Position numbers and translations under genes: made by a program
The notes under the pieces: model-generated
What the model saw: only the letters and a program-made list of their open reading frames with translations
What the model was told of the DNA's origin: nothing
Database searches by the model: none
Shown here: in pieces, positions 47,098 to 58,200 of the stretch
Layout: each line of letters begins with the position of its first letter
Position numbering within the stretch: position 1 is the stretch's first letter
Source: Fibrobacteria bacterium
Lineage (GTDB): Bacteria > Fibrobacterota > Fibrobacteria > UBA11236 > JADFYW01
Assembly (NCBI GenBank): GCA_050294405.1
Contig: JBNKOC010000007.1
Coordinates: 96,001-160,000 of the forward strand
Length of the DNA: 64,000 bases
Reading direction: 5' to 3'

Positions 47098-47314
47098 TAG
47101 CCCTGCCGCAAGTAACTAAGCCCTCCCATACCCTTCCCTAGCCCTGTCACAGCTAACCATGCCCTGCCAGGCCAGTCTATAACTCTGCCACTCTGTCCTG
47201 GGGCCGTGCATCTGCATTCTAAGGCTTGCCCGGCCAATCTAAAGGCTTGCCACTCCATTCTGAGCCCCTGCCACTGCGTTCTGAGGCCGTGCCGGAGCAC
47301 TTCCATAGGCTGCC
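47098..47314. repeat. Degenerate 20-21 bp tandem array (about 11 units ending in TGCC-like)
   Basis: Unit ends at 47107, 47127, 47148, 47168, 47189, 47210, 47230, 47251, 47272, 47293, 47314. Confidence 0.7.
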
Positions 47315-47551
47315 TGTTCAAATTTAGGGCTTTCCACACAGTTCCGGGCTTTTCCCCCATTTTTTTTAGGCATGAACAAATTGAAACAAAAGAGGTTTTT
47401 ATTAGTGACATAAATATGACATTATTTGCAAAAGTCAGCCCTATGTTAAAATATGGATAAACATTTTAAACTCCAATAACATTGACTCACAAGGCCTTTA
47501 TTTATTGGTATAAAAGATGGTTATCTGTTTAACCTTAACAAGGAGATAATT

Positions 47552-48310
47552 ATGAATTATCAATCCGATTATGAAAGCATCCTGCCCCAACTTGAGGCGT
47601 TGGATGTAAACAACATTTGGAGACCCCGTGCTCCAATTGATGTTATAGCCCTGGAAGGCGAAAGTCTTTTTAAATGGGCCGGGCCGGATAAGGACATACT
47701 CACGGCCAATGGATTAGATTGGAGCCTGGTAGAATCCCTGCCCCAGCGGGCAGGTGCATTGCGTCAGGCCGAATCTATTTACATTGCCGATAAAAGTCGA
47801 ACCAAAGAGGCAAGTACGCAATGGGAAGCCCAGTCCCCCGAGGGTTTTGAATTGCGCCACTTCTTACTTCGCACTTTTAGGTATGCCTTTAAAAATTCAC
47901 CCGAGGCCTTGGAACAGGTTAAACCTATATCCGAAGGCAAACGCCAATCCGATATGGTCCTTGATTTAAACAGTCTGGCCGTATTGGGTGAGCAACATCG
48001 CGACAAACTGGAAGCCATTGGCTTTGATTTCAGTCTACTGGAAACAGCCAGGACTTCAGCGAAGCATTTGGGTGAATTATTGGCCGATTACCGAATATCC
48101 AGTTTCCAATCTCATTCTTTGGAAATGCGAAATCGCGCCTACACCTTTTTACAATTGGCCATCAACGAAATCCGCAGTTGCGGCCAGTACAGCTTTTTTG
48201 GGAATAACTTGCGCCTTGCAGGATATACTTCTCATTACAAGCGTTATGTAAAAAGGCAAAAGCAAACAAACCAACCTACAGAATCTGGTGAACAAAAACC
48301 TGTGGAATAA
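47552..48310 (+). CDS. Hypothetical alpha-helical protein divergent from the integrase
   Basis: 252-aa ORF, AAGGAG RBS, followed by a terminator; motifs AGALRQAES, DMVLDLNSLAVLG, RNRAYTFL...EIRSCGQY. Confidence 0.8.
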   Translation: MNYQSDYESILPQLEALDVNNIWRPRAPIDVIALEGESLFKWAGPDKDILTANGLDWSLVESLPQRAGALRQAESIYIADKSRTKEASTQWEAQSPEGFELRHFLLRTFRYAFKNSPEALEQVKPISEGKRQSDMVLDLNSLAVLGEQHRDKLEAIGFDFSLLETARTSAKHLGELLADYRISSFQSHSLEMRNRAYTFLQLAINEIRSCGQYSFFGNNLRLAGYTSHYKRYVKRQKQTNQPTESGEQKPVE

Positions 48311-48331
48311 CCCGGGTTTGTAACCAGTGGG

Positions 48332-48357
48332 CCCAACCTGAAAGGGTTGGGTTTTTT
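48332..48357 (+). terminator. Rho-independent terminator
   Basis: CCCAACCT-GAAA-GGGTTGGG followed by TTTTTT. Confidence 0.8.
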
Positions 48358-48380
48358 AAACAAAAGGTCTTTTAATTTTC

Positions 48381-49007
48381 TTACTTTTCCCCAAACTTTA
48401 CCATTCCCCAAACTCCTAATAGCCATAGTCCCATAGCAAGCGGCCAGAATATTTCCAATTTGAAATATAAGGCTTGGGCAGTTATAAGAGATGGGATAGA
48501 TAATATGCAAGCCAATCCCACCCACCAGGGCGCTATTTTATTTCTCATTATTGCGACACCCGCAATAATCCAGGCTAACATAAAGCAAAAATTATACAGT
48601 AATATTCCCGATAAACAAATTAAAGAAGTTTCCGATTCAAGTCCATCATTGATTGCCTTTGGGTCCATCCCTGAAGCCACAAAGCCTGCGGCTAAACCTC
48701 GAAAACCAGATATAAAGGCAATAAAGGCTGTACCCAAAACACCCAGGACCGTTACCACGATTCCTGTGTTAGGAGACCGCTCTGCGATCCTCTGCCCCAT
48801 GAAAATGAAGGTGGCAACAAAAAAAGGAACACCAATCCCCATAATCAGACCTTCATATCCACTTACCCAATTGAGGTCTCCTGGAAGCGTTCCAATTCCC
48901 AGTGCCCTTACTACCGATGCAATAAAAAAGAATAATGGCGCAACTAACGCCAACATGGGCAATCGTTTCTTAAAAGTTCTCGCCCATTTGTCATTCTGAT
49001 TTTCCAT
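48381..49007 (-). CDS. Hypothetical integral membrane protein (about 6 TM)
   Basis: 208-aa hydrophobic ORF with AAGGA RBS; sits immediately after the duplicated attI-like segment. Confidence 0.75.
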   Translation of the reverse strand: MENQNDKWARTFKKRLPMLALVAPLFFFIASVVRALGIGTLPGDLNWVSGYEGLIMGIGVPFFVATFIFMGQRIAERSPNTGIVVTVLGVLGTAFIAFISGFRGLAAGFVASGMDPKAINDGLESETSLICLSGILLYNFCFMLAWIIAGVAIMRNKIAPWWVGLACILSIPSLITAQALYFKLEIFWPLAMGLWLLGVWGMVKFGEK

Positions 49008-49024
49008 ATTTCATCCTTTGTTAG

Positions 49025-49463
49025 ACTTATTTATTTATGTAACGATGTTTAATAAAGTTCCCTAAAAATGTTGGCTTGGAGTAGTTTTTTTTTATAAAGG
49101 AATCCAATGGGCTTTTAATATTTTGAAGGCCTTGGGTGCTTAGGTGGGTGTAAATTTCAATTGAGCAGTTGCTATTACATTTTAGTCCGAATTAATAACT
49201 AAAAAATTTAGTACCGGATATTGAAAAATCACACAAAAAATTCAGAATTTATTGCGGTTTCCATAAAAACATAGCCTTTCCAGGCCCATCCATAGGCTAA
49301 CTGTTCAAATTTATGGCTTTCCACACAGTTCCGGGCTTTTCCCATGTTTTATTATGCCTAAATAAATTGAAACCAAAGAGAAGTTTCAATCTGATTATGA
49401 AAACATCCTGTCCCAACTTGAGGCATTATATACTTCTCATTACAAGCGTTATGTAAAAAGGCA
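49025..49463. repeat. Collapsed direct duplicate of the integrase locus (five co-linear fragments of 45706-48258)
   Basis: In order, matches ~45706-45859, ~46990-47095, ~47303-47392, ~47560-47601 and 48223-48258 (last 36 bp identical). Confidence 0.9.
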
Positions 49464-49469
49464 GACCCT

Positions 49470-51224
49470 CTAAGGTTCTACCACCATGTCGGAAACATTA
49501 TTTTCAAACACCACCGCCTCTTGAGTCACAGTTCCATCGTTTTCCTGGCGGATACCAGCATCTGCGGAGTTTTTCACCGTAGAATTTTTAATGGTCAGAG
49601 TACCACCATCTTCCACTAAAATATTCTGGAGGGGCTTTATAAGTGCGCCATGTCGGGGGTTGCCTCCTCCCGAAATAGTAACATAATCCATTTGATTATT
49701 CATAGATGGAGAACGAATGTAAATGCCTACCCAATATCCAGCGGTATTGGGTTCTAAGCCGATTATAGAAATTGGTTTAGCATTGTTTCCAATGGCTTTT
49801 AATGATCCATCTGATTGAACATCTATTAAGGCCCCTTCCCTAGCTAAGATCGAAACACCAGGCATCAATGTTAAATCCGCCATAACATCAAAATCAGTGT
49901 TTGCACCCAATGTGTAAGGCACACCCAAGTTATGCCAAGTTGCAGCATTTTCCAGGTCTGAGGAATAACCATCAATGTAATCATTGCCATTGCCGGTATA
50001 ACTGGATAGAGTATCTAAAACCGCATATTGAGATGTGGATAGATACACGGGTGCAATTTCATTACCAGTAAACACATTAGTTGAAAATTCTGCAATCTGA
50101 GCAGTACTGCTATATGTCCTTAGACCATGCCCACCACATTTATCAAAGTTGGAGTAAGTTACCTCCACTAAGCCATCAGAATTTAAAAAAAGACATGCCT
50201 TAAGTGCAGAATTACCATTGAAACTGGAAGCACCTCCTCCAGTAAAGGTCACATATGAAAATTTATTGTTACTGCTGGCGGTAGTTATCCAAACTCCCTT
50301 CCAAGAGCCTATAATATCTTCCATACCAGAAAATTTAATTGGTTTTTCTGGGGTACCTATGGCTTGCACCGAACCTCCAGTTTCTGTGGTTATCCCCGCA
50401 TTTTGGGTAAATACCAGTTCAACACCTGGATCAATAATAAGAGCTGCGGAGGCTTTAATGCTTTTATCAATTTGGTATGGTACTCCCAAATCTTTAAAAT
50501 GAACATCTGCTTCCACATCATTAGAGGAATAAAATTCATGGATTCGAATGTAATTAACCGAATTTCCTGTGAATTGGCTCGCAACATCAAAATCTGATAT
50601 ATGTTGAATATCCACATAAATGGGTGCCCCAAGGTTTTCGGTAATAATATTGTTAGAAAACTCCTCTAATTTTGAAGAAGGTCCATCACTCAAAATTCCC
50701 ACTCCCCCACTCTTGGAAATGGTTGAGTTTTGCAGTACTAACCTCCCGTTACCTCCAAGGGCAATGGCAGCCGGACTATCGTAGCCAGAAAATGCCTTTG
50801 AACCCGCATTTGTTACGCTAACATATTTCAAGATATTGCTAGCCGAATTGCTTTCAAACTGTAATCCATACCAATAACCCTCAACATTTTCTTTTCCCTT
50901 GAATTGAATCGCCTTATCAGGCAAGCCAGTTGCATCCAGGGAACCTCCTGAGCCAACTTGAAAGGAAGTATTTTCCCTAAATTCAATAACAACGCCCGGA
51001 TTTACTGTGACTTTTGCAGAAATATCAACCGCTGTGGTCACTATATAATCGGAAAGTGTAGGATCCTCAAAGATATCCTCTAAAATTCTGTCAGAGGAAA
51101 TATCAGCATCTATTGTAACAGCATTGGATTTATTCGGGTCCTCTGGGTCTAAGGGGGTTTCAGAGCAATGCATAAAAACTAATGCCATTGGAACAAACGA
51201 AAATATGGAAAATAGGCGAAACAT
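49470..51224 (-). CDS. Lipoprotein with three repeated parallel-beta-helix-like modules
   Basis: Lipobox-like FMHC; thrice-repeated PGV...GS..A.G..KPI.F.G.....G.W.G motif. Confidence 0.75.
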   Translation of the reverse strand: MFRLFSIFSFVPMALVFMHCSETPLDPEDPNKSNAVTIDADISSDRILEDIFEDPTLSDYIVTTAVDISAKVTVNPGVVIEFRENTSFQVGSGGSLDATGLPDKAIQFKGKENVEGYWYGLQFESNSASNILKYVSVTNAGSKAFSGYDSPAAIALGGNGRLVLQNSTISKSGGVGILSDGPSSKLEEFSNNIITENLGAPIYVDIQHISDFDVASQFTGNSVNYIRIHEFYSSNDVEADVHFKDLGVPYQIDKSIKASAALIIDPGVELVFTQNAGITTETGGSVQAIGTPEKPIKFSGMEDIIGSWKGVWITTASSNNKFSYVTFTGGGASSFNGNSALKACLFLNSDGLVEVTYSNFDKCGGHGLRTYSSTAQIAEFSTNVFTGNEIAPVYLSTSQYAVLDTLSSYTGNGNDYIDGYSSDLENAATWHNLGVPYTLGANTDFDVMADLTLMPGVSILAREGALIDVQSDGSLKAIGNNAKPISIIGLEPNTAGYWVGIYIRSPSMNNQMDYVTISGGGNPRHGALIKPLQNILVEDGGTLTIKNSTVKNSADAGIRQENDGTVTQEAVVFENNVSDMVVEP

Positions 51225-51582
51225 ACAAACTCCTCAGTTTTCAAAAATAAATTTGCCCATCTAAAGGCTTAAAACGCCTCTTTTTCAGGGCTACCTATTC
51301 TTGAGACGAATAGAGCTGCAAATTATGCAACCTTAGAATTACTAGGACTTACCTTCAAAAACAAATTTCCAGTTCCCCCAGTATGTTCGATTCTAATAAG
51401 ATTGGGTTTCTGTTTTAGAGCGACCAGTTTTGCAAGGCGTTCATCATCCATAGTTAAATGGAGTTTTTTTCATTCCAATATTATTTTAATTCCAGATTGA
51501 CCTTTAGTTGACCCTCCGCAAAGGGACAAACACTTTTTTTAAAATTTTTATTTAAATGAAGCAAATTTTGAAATAAATTTTA

Positions 51583-52542
51583 ATGATACCTGGAGGAACT
51601 ATGGATAATAAACAAAACCCTTCTGAAGATTCCGAGTCAATTGCTGAATTCAAAAACCGCACTATTCTTGAAATAGATTTATTAAAAAAAGAAATCGCCC
51701 TCTTAGAGAAGGATGCACAAGCAAAAGAAAAATATCGCCCACAAGAAATCCGCAAACAATTATATGCAATGGTTTCTCTTTGGGGTTCTTGGCTGACAGT
51801 TATCGTTGGTATCTTAGGTTTTATCGGAATCCAACAATATGTGAATAATATTGTTCAAAAAACTGTGGAGCTAAATTATGCAGAACAAGCAAAAAAGCAG
51901 TCAGCATTTAATATTCGATTTGAAATTAAAGAAATTGAAGATGATATCCATAGAAAGAATGATGACTATGAGCAAGCTTTGGAAAAAATTGCTCGCATAA
52001 AAAACGATGCACTCAATACTAAAGATGAATATTTAATACAAAGATACGTAGACGTTTATACACGATTCGCATTTTCCGCTCTAAAATATGAATTACTTGA
52101 TGAAATAAGTACTGAATTTGAAAAGGAAGGGTATAAATTTTCCTATATAACCTGGGCAAATATTGCAATTGCCAATTTCTATTTATATGCCGAAAGTAAA
52201 AAAGATGTTTCAAAACAAAAAAGTTTTGAAGCCTGCAAGCGCGCCCTTGATATTAAACCAAATTATGGAGAAATTCCGGCAATAGAACTTCTAAACAATA
52301 TGATAACATATGATTTAAACTTAAGTAAAGAGTCAAGGGATAGTGCACTAGAAAATTCTGCTAAAACATTTAAAGCCTTAAACAGCGGTATTCTATCAAC
52401 TCAATATATGGCATATACAAGGCTCACGTCTCAAGATTCAGTGGTATCCTATTATACAAACATTTTAAAAACAAATTTTCCTCAAGAATTTAAATACCTT
52501 GAAGACCGCTATTATGATTATATGTATTCTAAAACAAAGTAA
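51583..52542 (+). CDS. Hypothetical membrane-anchored helical protein (start may be ATG 51601)
   Basis: 319-aa AT-rich ORF, one TM, TPR-like KRALDIKPNY; GGAGG upstream of 51601. Confidence 0.65.
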   Translation: MIPGGTMDNKQNPSEDSESIAEFKNRTILEIDLLKKEIALLEKDAQAKEKYRPQEIRKQLYAMVSLWGSWLTVIVGILGFIGIQQYVNNIVQKTVELNYAEQAKKQSAFNIRFEIKEIEDDIHRKNDDYEQALEKIARIKNDALNTKDEYLIQRYVDVYTRFAFSALKYELLDEISTEFEKEGYKFSYITWANIAIANFYLYAESKKDVSKQKSFEACKRALDIKPNYGEIPAIELLNNMITYDLNLSKESRDSALENSAKTFKALNSGILSTQYMAYTRLTSQDSVVSYYTNILKTNFPQEFKYLEDRYYDYMYSKTK

Positions 52543-52693
52543 ATATAAGCTACAGCCAGCATTTTACCAGGTTCAATAATAAATTCCATGCTGCGGCCTC
52601 CATCGTCCTAATATTTTTTTATATTGATTTAGTTGCTCCGGCTCAGGATTGAGTAACCAAGCTTTCGGTTTCCTTAAATGATTAGGAGAACAC

Positions 52694-53371
52694 ATGAAAA
52701 GAAAAATTTTATTTATTTCTCTGGTTATTTGCCTTTGGGCCCTTTTGGGATGCAAAAAATCTGGAAATAACGGCACCGGACCCGATAACAATTCCAATCC
52801 GAATAATAATTTGGGACCTGCCGTATCCGGTGAATCTGCGTGGCGAGGCATATACCAGATAACCCATTTCTCCAGAAATTTAAATGGCTGCGATGAAGCC
52901 GGAACAGACAACCGGCCTATTTCTGCCGATGGATATTTCGCCCTTTTTAAACAGAGCTTTTTAGGCCAGCAATACCTACAAATCATCTCCTGCGAAAATG
53001 AAACGGATTGCAGGGAAAAATACCTCAAAATGGTATCCGAGCAAAGCGGTTTTTTTGATTTTTCCTTTAGTTTATTTTACGGTACAGATGCCTTGGGTTA
53101 CAAAAGCAAAATCGAAAAAGCAGGCAGCAATATGGAGTATGTTAATGGAGCTTGGGTGGAAAACGGCTGCAAAGGCGGTCGGGAAGATTTAACCTTAATA
53201 AAAAATACTAGCAGCAATGAGCTGGAGTTGGAATCCAGATATCATGAAGCTTTTTTCGAAGCCGATGCGGAAGGAATATGCTGGACCGATGAAGGAGGCG
53301 CTGCCGCTGAGGGCAAACCCTGTTCGGAGTTAACCCTTCTTCAGGGGAGCTTTATAAGCGGGTTAGATTAG
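52694..53371 (+). CDS. Hypothetical Cys-containing lipoprotein
   Basis: Lipobox LLGC, Asn/Pro linker, AGGAG RBS. Confidence 0.75.
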   Translation: MKRKILFISLVICLWALLGCKKSGNNGTGPDNNSNPNNNLGPAVSGESAWRGIYQITHFSRNLNGCDEAGTDNRPISADGYFALFKQSFLGQQYLQIISCENETDCREKYLKMVSEQSGFFDFSFSLFYGTDALGYKSKIEKAGSNMEYVNGAWVENGCKGGREDLTLIKNTSSNELELESRYHEAFFEADAEGICWTDEGGAAAEGKPCSELTLLQGSFISGLD

Positions 53372-53415
53372 CGTTTTGATTTATGTTGTTTTACTCAAAA
53401 CTTTTAAAGGCCGCT

Positions 53416-54585
53416 CTATCTCCCAAACAGCGACTTTTTAACCACCGGTACCATTTTACCCGATTCAATAATAAGTCCCTTGTTGCGGCCTCCGTCATCC
53501 CAATAACACCAGGGTATGCCACGGCGTTCCGATTCTATTCTCACAGCAGATAAAAACCGCAAGCGGCTAGTTTCATCTGCCAAATCAACAGCTCCAAACT
53601 CTCCTAATAATGTACGCAGGCCTGTTCTTTTAATAAAAGCTGTAGCCCGGTCAAATTCCTCATAAAGGGTTTTAGGCCCGCTTGGATTTTGTGCAGCAGG
53701 CAATGTATTGTAGTCTTTAATCCAGTTTTTAACCCAGTCGGCCACCTTTTCGCTAATGGGTTCCACAGGTTTTTCCGGGGGACCTGGGTATTGAATACCT
53801 CGCGTCTGAAAATCAATAGGCATCCAGGATGCGCCCTGATGGGTAAACAGAATAGGTTGGTACATATGAAAGGTAACAATAGTATTGCTGTCCATATACG
53901 ATACATCAATACTGTCCAGGTATGTGGTTGCGCTCCAAAAATAGCCTTCCACAATAATAAGTCGTGAGGGATTTGTCTTTCGAACCAGTTTAAAGGTTTT
54001 TTCCAACAGCGGGTTTAAAATAGAAGGCACCAGCTTATCACAAGGCTCGTTTATCAGTTCAAAGGCAACCTGCGGGGGTTGATCTTTATATCTCTCGGCA
54101 ATTTGAGCCCACATGGCCATAAAACGCTTCTGGTGGTGCTCCGAGGGGTCCTTCATTATTTCCTCATAGTGATGGAGGTCTACTATAATGGATAATTTGT
54201 ATTTAAGAGCCATGTTTATGGCCCAGTCTATTTTTTTGAAAAACTTTTCTTCAATGGTAAATGGAGCTTTTTCCATGGCGTAGGCTGAAAATCTTATAGG
54301 AAGCCTTACATAATCAAAACCATTGGCCGCAGAATATTTAAAATGGTTCTCTTCAATGATAACCCCCCATTCCCCCTCGCTGGGCGCATCAAAGCCGTTT
54401 CCCAAATTAATACCCTTGGAAAATCCGGGGATAGGCTTATTTAATACATCAATTTTCGGAGGTGGTAAGACGGACCTTGCCGATTTGGGAGGTTGGCGGG
54501 ATTTTTTGACCAATCCCTGATTTTGCGAAAAAGAACTACTGAAAGCAAAAAGTAAAATTAGCCATAAATGGAAAAAACGGGTCAT
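53416..54585 (-). CDS. Secreted GH5 endoglucanase (cellulase family)
   Basis: GINLGN, VRLPIRF, IVDLHHY, FELINEP (acid/base), LGEFGA (nucleophile), WCYWD. Confidence 0.93.
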   Translation of the reverse strand: MTRFFHLWLILLFAFSSSFSQNQGLVKKSRQPPKSARSVLPPPKIDVLNKPIPGFSKGINLGNGFDAPSEGEWGVIIEENHFKYSAANGFDYVRLPIRFSAYAMEKAPFTIEEKFFKKIDWAINMALKYKLSIIVDLHHYEEIMKDPSEHHQKRFMAMWAQIAERYKDQPPQVAFELINEPCDKLVPSILNPLLEKTFKLVRKTNPSRLIIVEGYFWSATTYLDSIDVSYMDSNTIVTFHMYQPILFTHQGASWMPIDFQTRGIQYPGPPEKPVEPISEKVADWVKNWIKDYNTLPAAQNPSGPKTLYEEFDRATAFIKRTGLRTLLGEFGAVDLADETSRLRFLSAVRIESERRGIPWCYWDDGGRNKGLIIESGKMVPVVKKSLFGR

Positions 54586-54651
54586 AATAAATCCTTTACT
54601 TGGTTAGCCTTTTAGTGAATTAAATGGCAAGCCAGGTTTTATTAATCAACA

Positions 54652-55245
54652 TCACTCATTTTTCTTTTTTTTAATTCCCTTTTCCACATCGCCTTTAATG
54701 GAATTTAAAAGTCCCTTTAACTCATTCATTTTTTTCTGAAAACCTGCCCGGTCTTCAGTTGAAAGTTTATCCAGTCCCAGCATTTCCTCAAGCTTTTTAC
54801 CGAGTTCTTTAGGGTCGCTGTTAAGCCCCGTAGAGCCGTCCAGTTTTTGTTTAAAGCGTTTGCTGGCACGGCTAAAAGCATCAAAGCCTTTTTTGCTAGC
54901 TTCCTCGTTTGAGCTGCTCCCACTGCGAGGTTTCGAAGGTTTTTGCGAGGCCCACTTTTTCATTTTTTGCCCAGCAAAGCGCAAAGCAGTTTTTCCGGCC
55001 CGCTTGAGGCCTTCCTTCATCTGTTCCTTAACCCAGTTGTCCGCGGCGGCTTTTGAAAGCTCGTATTTTAACAATTCAACTTCCGAAACTTTTAACACTT
55101 TTCCCTGATGGCGTTTGGTGGTACCGGATATGTGGACAATTTCAAAACTTCCCTCGACAAACTCCACCTCATCTGCCGCCAGAAAGTAACGGGTTTTATC
55201 GGAATTTACCCAAAGGGTTTCGGCTTTGATAGTCATGGTAGCCAT
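54652..55245 (-). CDS. Hypothetical basic protein downstream of the toxin-like gene
   Basis: 197-aa ORF with AGGT RBS, co-oriented 41 bp after the effector. Confidence 0.65.
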   Translation of the reverse strand: MATMTIKAETLWVNSDKTRYFLAADEVEFVEGSFEIVHISGTTKRHQGKVLKVSEVELLKYELSKAAADNWVKEQMKEGLKRAGKTALRFAGQKMKKWASQKPSKPRSGSSSNEEASKKGFDAFSRASKRFKQKLDGSTGLNSDPKELGKKLEEMLGLDKLSTEDRAGFQKKMNELKGLLNSIKGDVEKGIKKKKNE

Positions 55246-55286
55246 AATATACCTACTGGTTAAAAAAAATTCTGCCTTAGTTTCTA

Positions 55287-58200
55287 TTAAAGAGTGCTAT
55301 CGATACGAAACCACACCTCACGTTGCGCGGCCTCCGTCTTAACTTCGCTCATGGGCACTGTATCTCCATTACTTTTTCTAAAATCTGCTCTTGAAAGGGT
55401 GGAACCACTGGAGCGGTTCTCGCTGGCATCCAATGGCCAAAGGTTTTCCTCAACATTTCGTCCGCCCACCTGCATTTCCACAACATGGTCGCCATCCATA
55501 TATTCTACCGCAGGGGAAAATCCATAAGCTTTCAACTTGTTGTTGTACCAACCCGCTCCTTCAGTGGACCCGGGAGTAAGTTTGAATTTTTTTCCCACGG
55601 AAACCCGATTGGGACTGGAAACACCCAAAGTAATCCCTCCCATGGGAAGTTGCTTTCGTCCATGTGGAGAAAACGATTCCAAAGGCTCTCCTGCATTTTC
55701 CCAACGGGTCGCCTGCCTGGTTGTCAGGTAATCTTCCTTAATTTTTTCCTTATCGCCAGCCGCCAAAACCGATTGGGGAATCTGAGTCCTTCCCGCTTTT
55801 GGACCAAAATACATAGTGGGGTAAGCGGCACTTGCCCTCTTGGGCCAATCCAATCCCAGCGGATTCTCTGAAGTCCCCCACTCCTCATCCGCTAATCCCA
55901 GGATTTCTTCAATTTGCCGAAGCACGCCCGCTAATTGCTGCTCCTTGGATTCCACAGCATCATCCGCCGAAGAATTGGCATCGGGATCGCTATTGGGGTT
56001 CTGAACATTGGCAGCAAGAGTATCGGCTTGATTGTTAATTTGGTTCCCCAGATCCCTGGCAGTGCTAATATGCCCGGTCACAGTTGTTTTTTCTTCTTCA
56101 TCCAAGTCCTGGGCCAATCGGGTATATTCGTCCAATTGCTCGTCTAAAGTTTTAGGAGTACTGGCCACCTTCAATACAGCGTCGGTGCCATTAGTTTCAA
56201 TCCAGAGCCTGTGGGATTCCCCAGCCGCGGAAAAGCGCACGGTTTTACCGATTTGTCCGTCGTAGTCCCCATCATCGTCTTCTTCCTCTTCTTCGCCGCC
56301 GCCAAGGCCAATGGCCGCCAGGGCTCGCCGTCCCACGTTTACAACAGCCACTACAGCTCTTTCCACAAAGGGCCATACAAAGGACTGCAAACGTTTTACC
56401 TGCTCTGCAATAAAGTCCGGCAGTCCCGAAAGGCCAACATAACCTGCAACAAAGTCAATCACAGGAACAATTAACCTCTTCAGGGCTAACTCCACATTAT
56501 TGGCCACTCCGGCGATGTTACCAGCCATTACATCCGCCATGCCATTGACCACCGATTCCACAAAGGAAAAAATGCGCGCGGCATTTTCAAAAATCCACTT
56601 AAGGACCTTGTAGATAGCCTCAATGGCCTGGACAATCGCCCCTGCCGGATTAAACAAAGCGATAATACGAGGCGTAACATTGGCCACTAAGGCTTCAACC
56701 AAAAAATCAATGGCCGCGTCTATAATCATATCCAATATGTTAGCGGGATCCAGATAGGGCTCTATCATGTTAAAGATACCCTCGGGTCCTTCTTCAATGA
56801 GCACCGTAACCAATTCCCACACCTGTTCCAGCAGGGCCACGTTTTGTTCCCCGATTTCCCTTACCAAAACTTCACGGATACGAGGCCAGGTAATGCCCAT
56901 TAGTTGGAGGAAAAAAGTAATCAGACTTTTAAGGGAAAAGTCCGGGGGAATTTGTACGCCAACAGAACCCAATCCAGAAAAAAGCCAGTCAATAAAGCCT
57001 TCCAGTAAATGAGTGCCGATGTTATCAAAAAATTGTTGAAAGCCCTGGCCAACACCCCGAAGCAAATTTTGTCCGAATGTAACTGGATCATTGGCTATAT
57101 CCTCAATTACATCGCCAATTTTCGCAATCAAAGCCCAAAAAGACGGTGGCGGAATGCCCACCAGCTTTAACAAACCCTCGATAATAAATTTAAAAGGGTC
57201 ATCTAAAAACGCCGCAATGGCATCCTGAATCTGCCCTATTAATCCTCTGGCAGCCTGGCGTAGTTCGTGAATGCGCGTCCGTGCGTCATCTACTGCCTGG
57301 GACGCACTCTGAATCAATTGTTGGTTAAAATCTCTCCGGGTGTTTTCAGCTTGCTCACTGAGACCATTCAGTTCGCCCTGCATGTTAGCACGTTCCGCTT
57401 CTGCCCAGGCCCTTAAACTTTCGGGCATTTCCTGGGAGAATAGATTATCAATGTCCCTCTGGGCATTGGCAATTATAGTTTGGCAGGCGGCCACCACTCC
57501 GTTTACCTGCCTGGAGATGTTGCGGATCAAATCGCAAACGCCATCGGCAAAAGCCTGCTCGGCATCGTCATATTCATCCGTCACCCAATCTGGAAGACCA
57601 GCTACCGCATCCCAGACTCCAACTACCGCGCCCCCCACCCCGGAGTGCCTTTCTTCAATCCAATCAGCAACCCGTTGCAGATGTTGTTCAAACTCAGTAG
57701 AAAGAGTGGCCACTCCTGTTTCCCACAAGCCCATGGCAGTTTGCGGTAGTGGTGTGAGAAGTTCATTGACCCGTGTCCGTGCGCTACTGAAGATTTCCTG
57801 GGAGCGCTGGCTGAGTTGGCGGCGAATTTCCGCTTCACTTCCAGTCATATCAACCTGTTGGCCACCAACATTGGATACCGAATCAGATCGAGCCGCTTGC
57901 AGAGCCTCCAATGCTTGGGTTTGAAGGGATGCCATTTCTGCTCCAGCCTGAACCCGCGCTTCGTTTTGCTCTGCTAAAACTTCTGCGGGATCTCTCTCGG
58001 CCATTTCGCCCAATTCTTCCTGGGTACTCATGGCGTTGTCGATATGGCCACCTGGATCTCCGCGACGGGATTCCGCTGCCACATCGGTATCCATGTTAGC
58101 ATCGGAAATAGCCTGGGCTTGAAGCTCTCTATCCGTATCAAGATTTACTTCTTCAGCTGGAACTTCATTGGGTATTGCAGCTTCTGCGTTAAGGTCTCCC

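Noticed and set aside
47097..47460. ORFs 47097-47411 (-) and 47206-47460 (+) as real genes
   Set aside because: Both run through the GC-rich tandem array, with no clear RBS or family motif; kept only as a possibility in the array finding
51500..51540. Possible riboswitch or terminator hairpin (ttgaccct-ccgcaa-agggacaa + T run)
   Set aside because: Imperfect stem and no recognisable aptamer consensus
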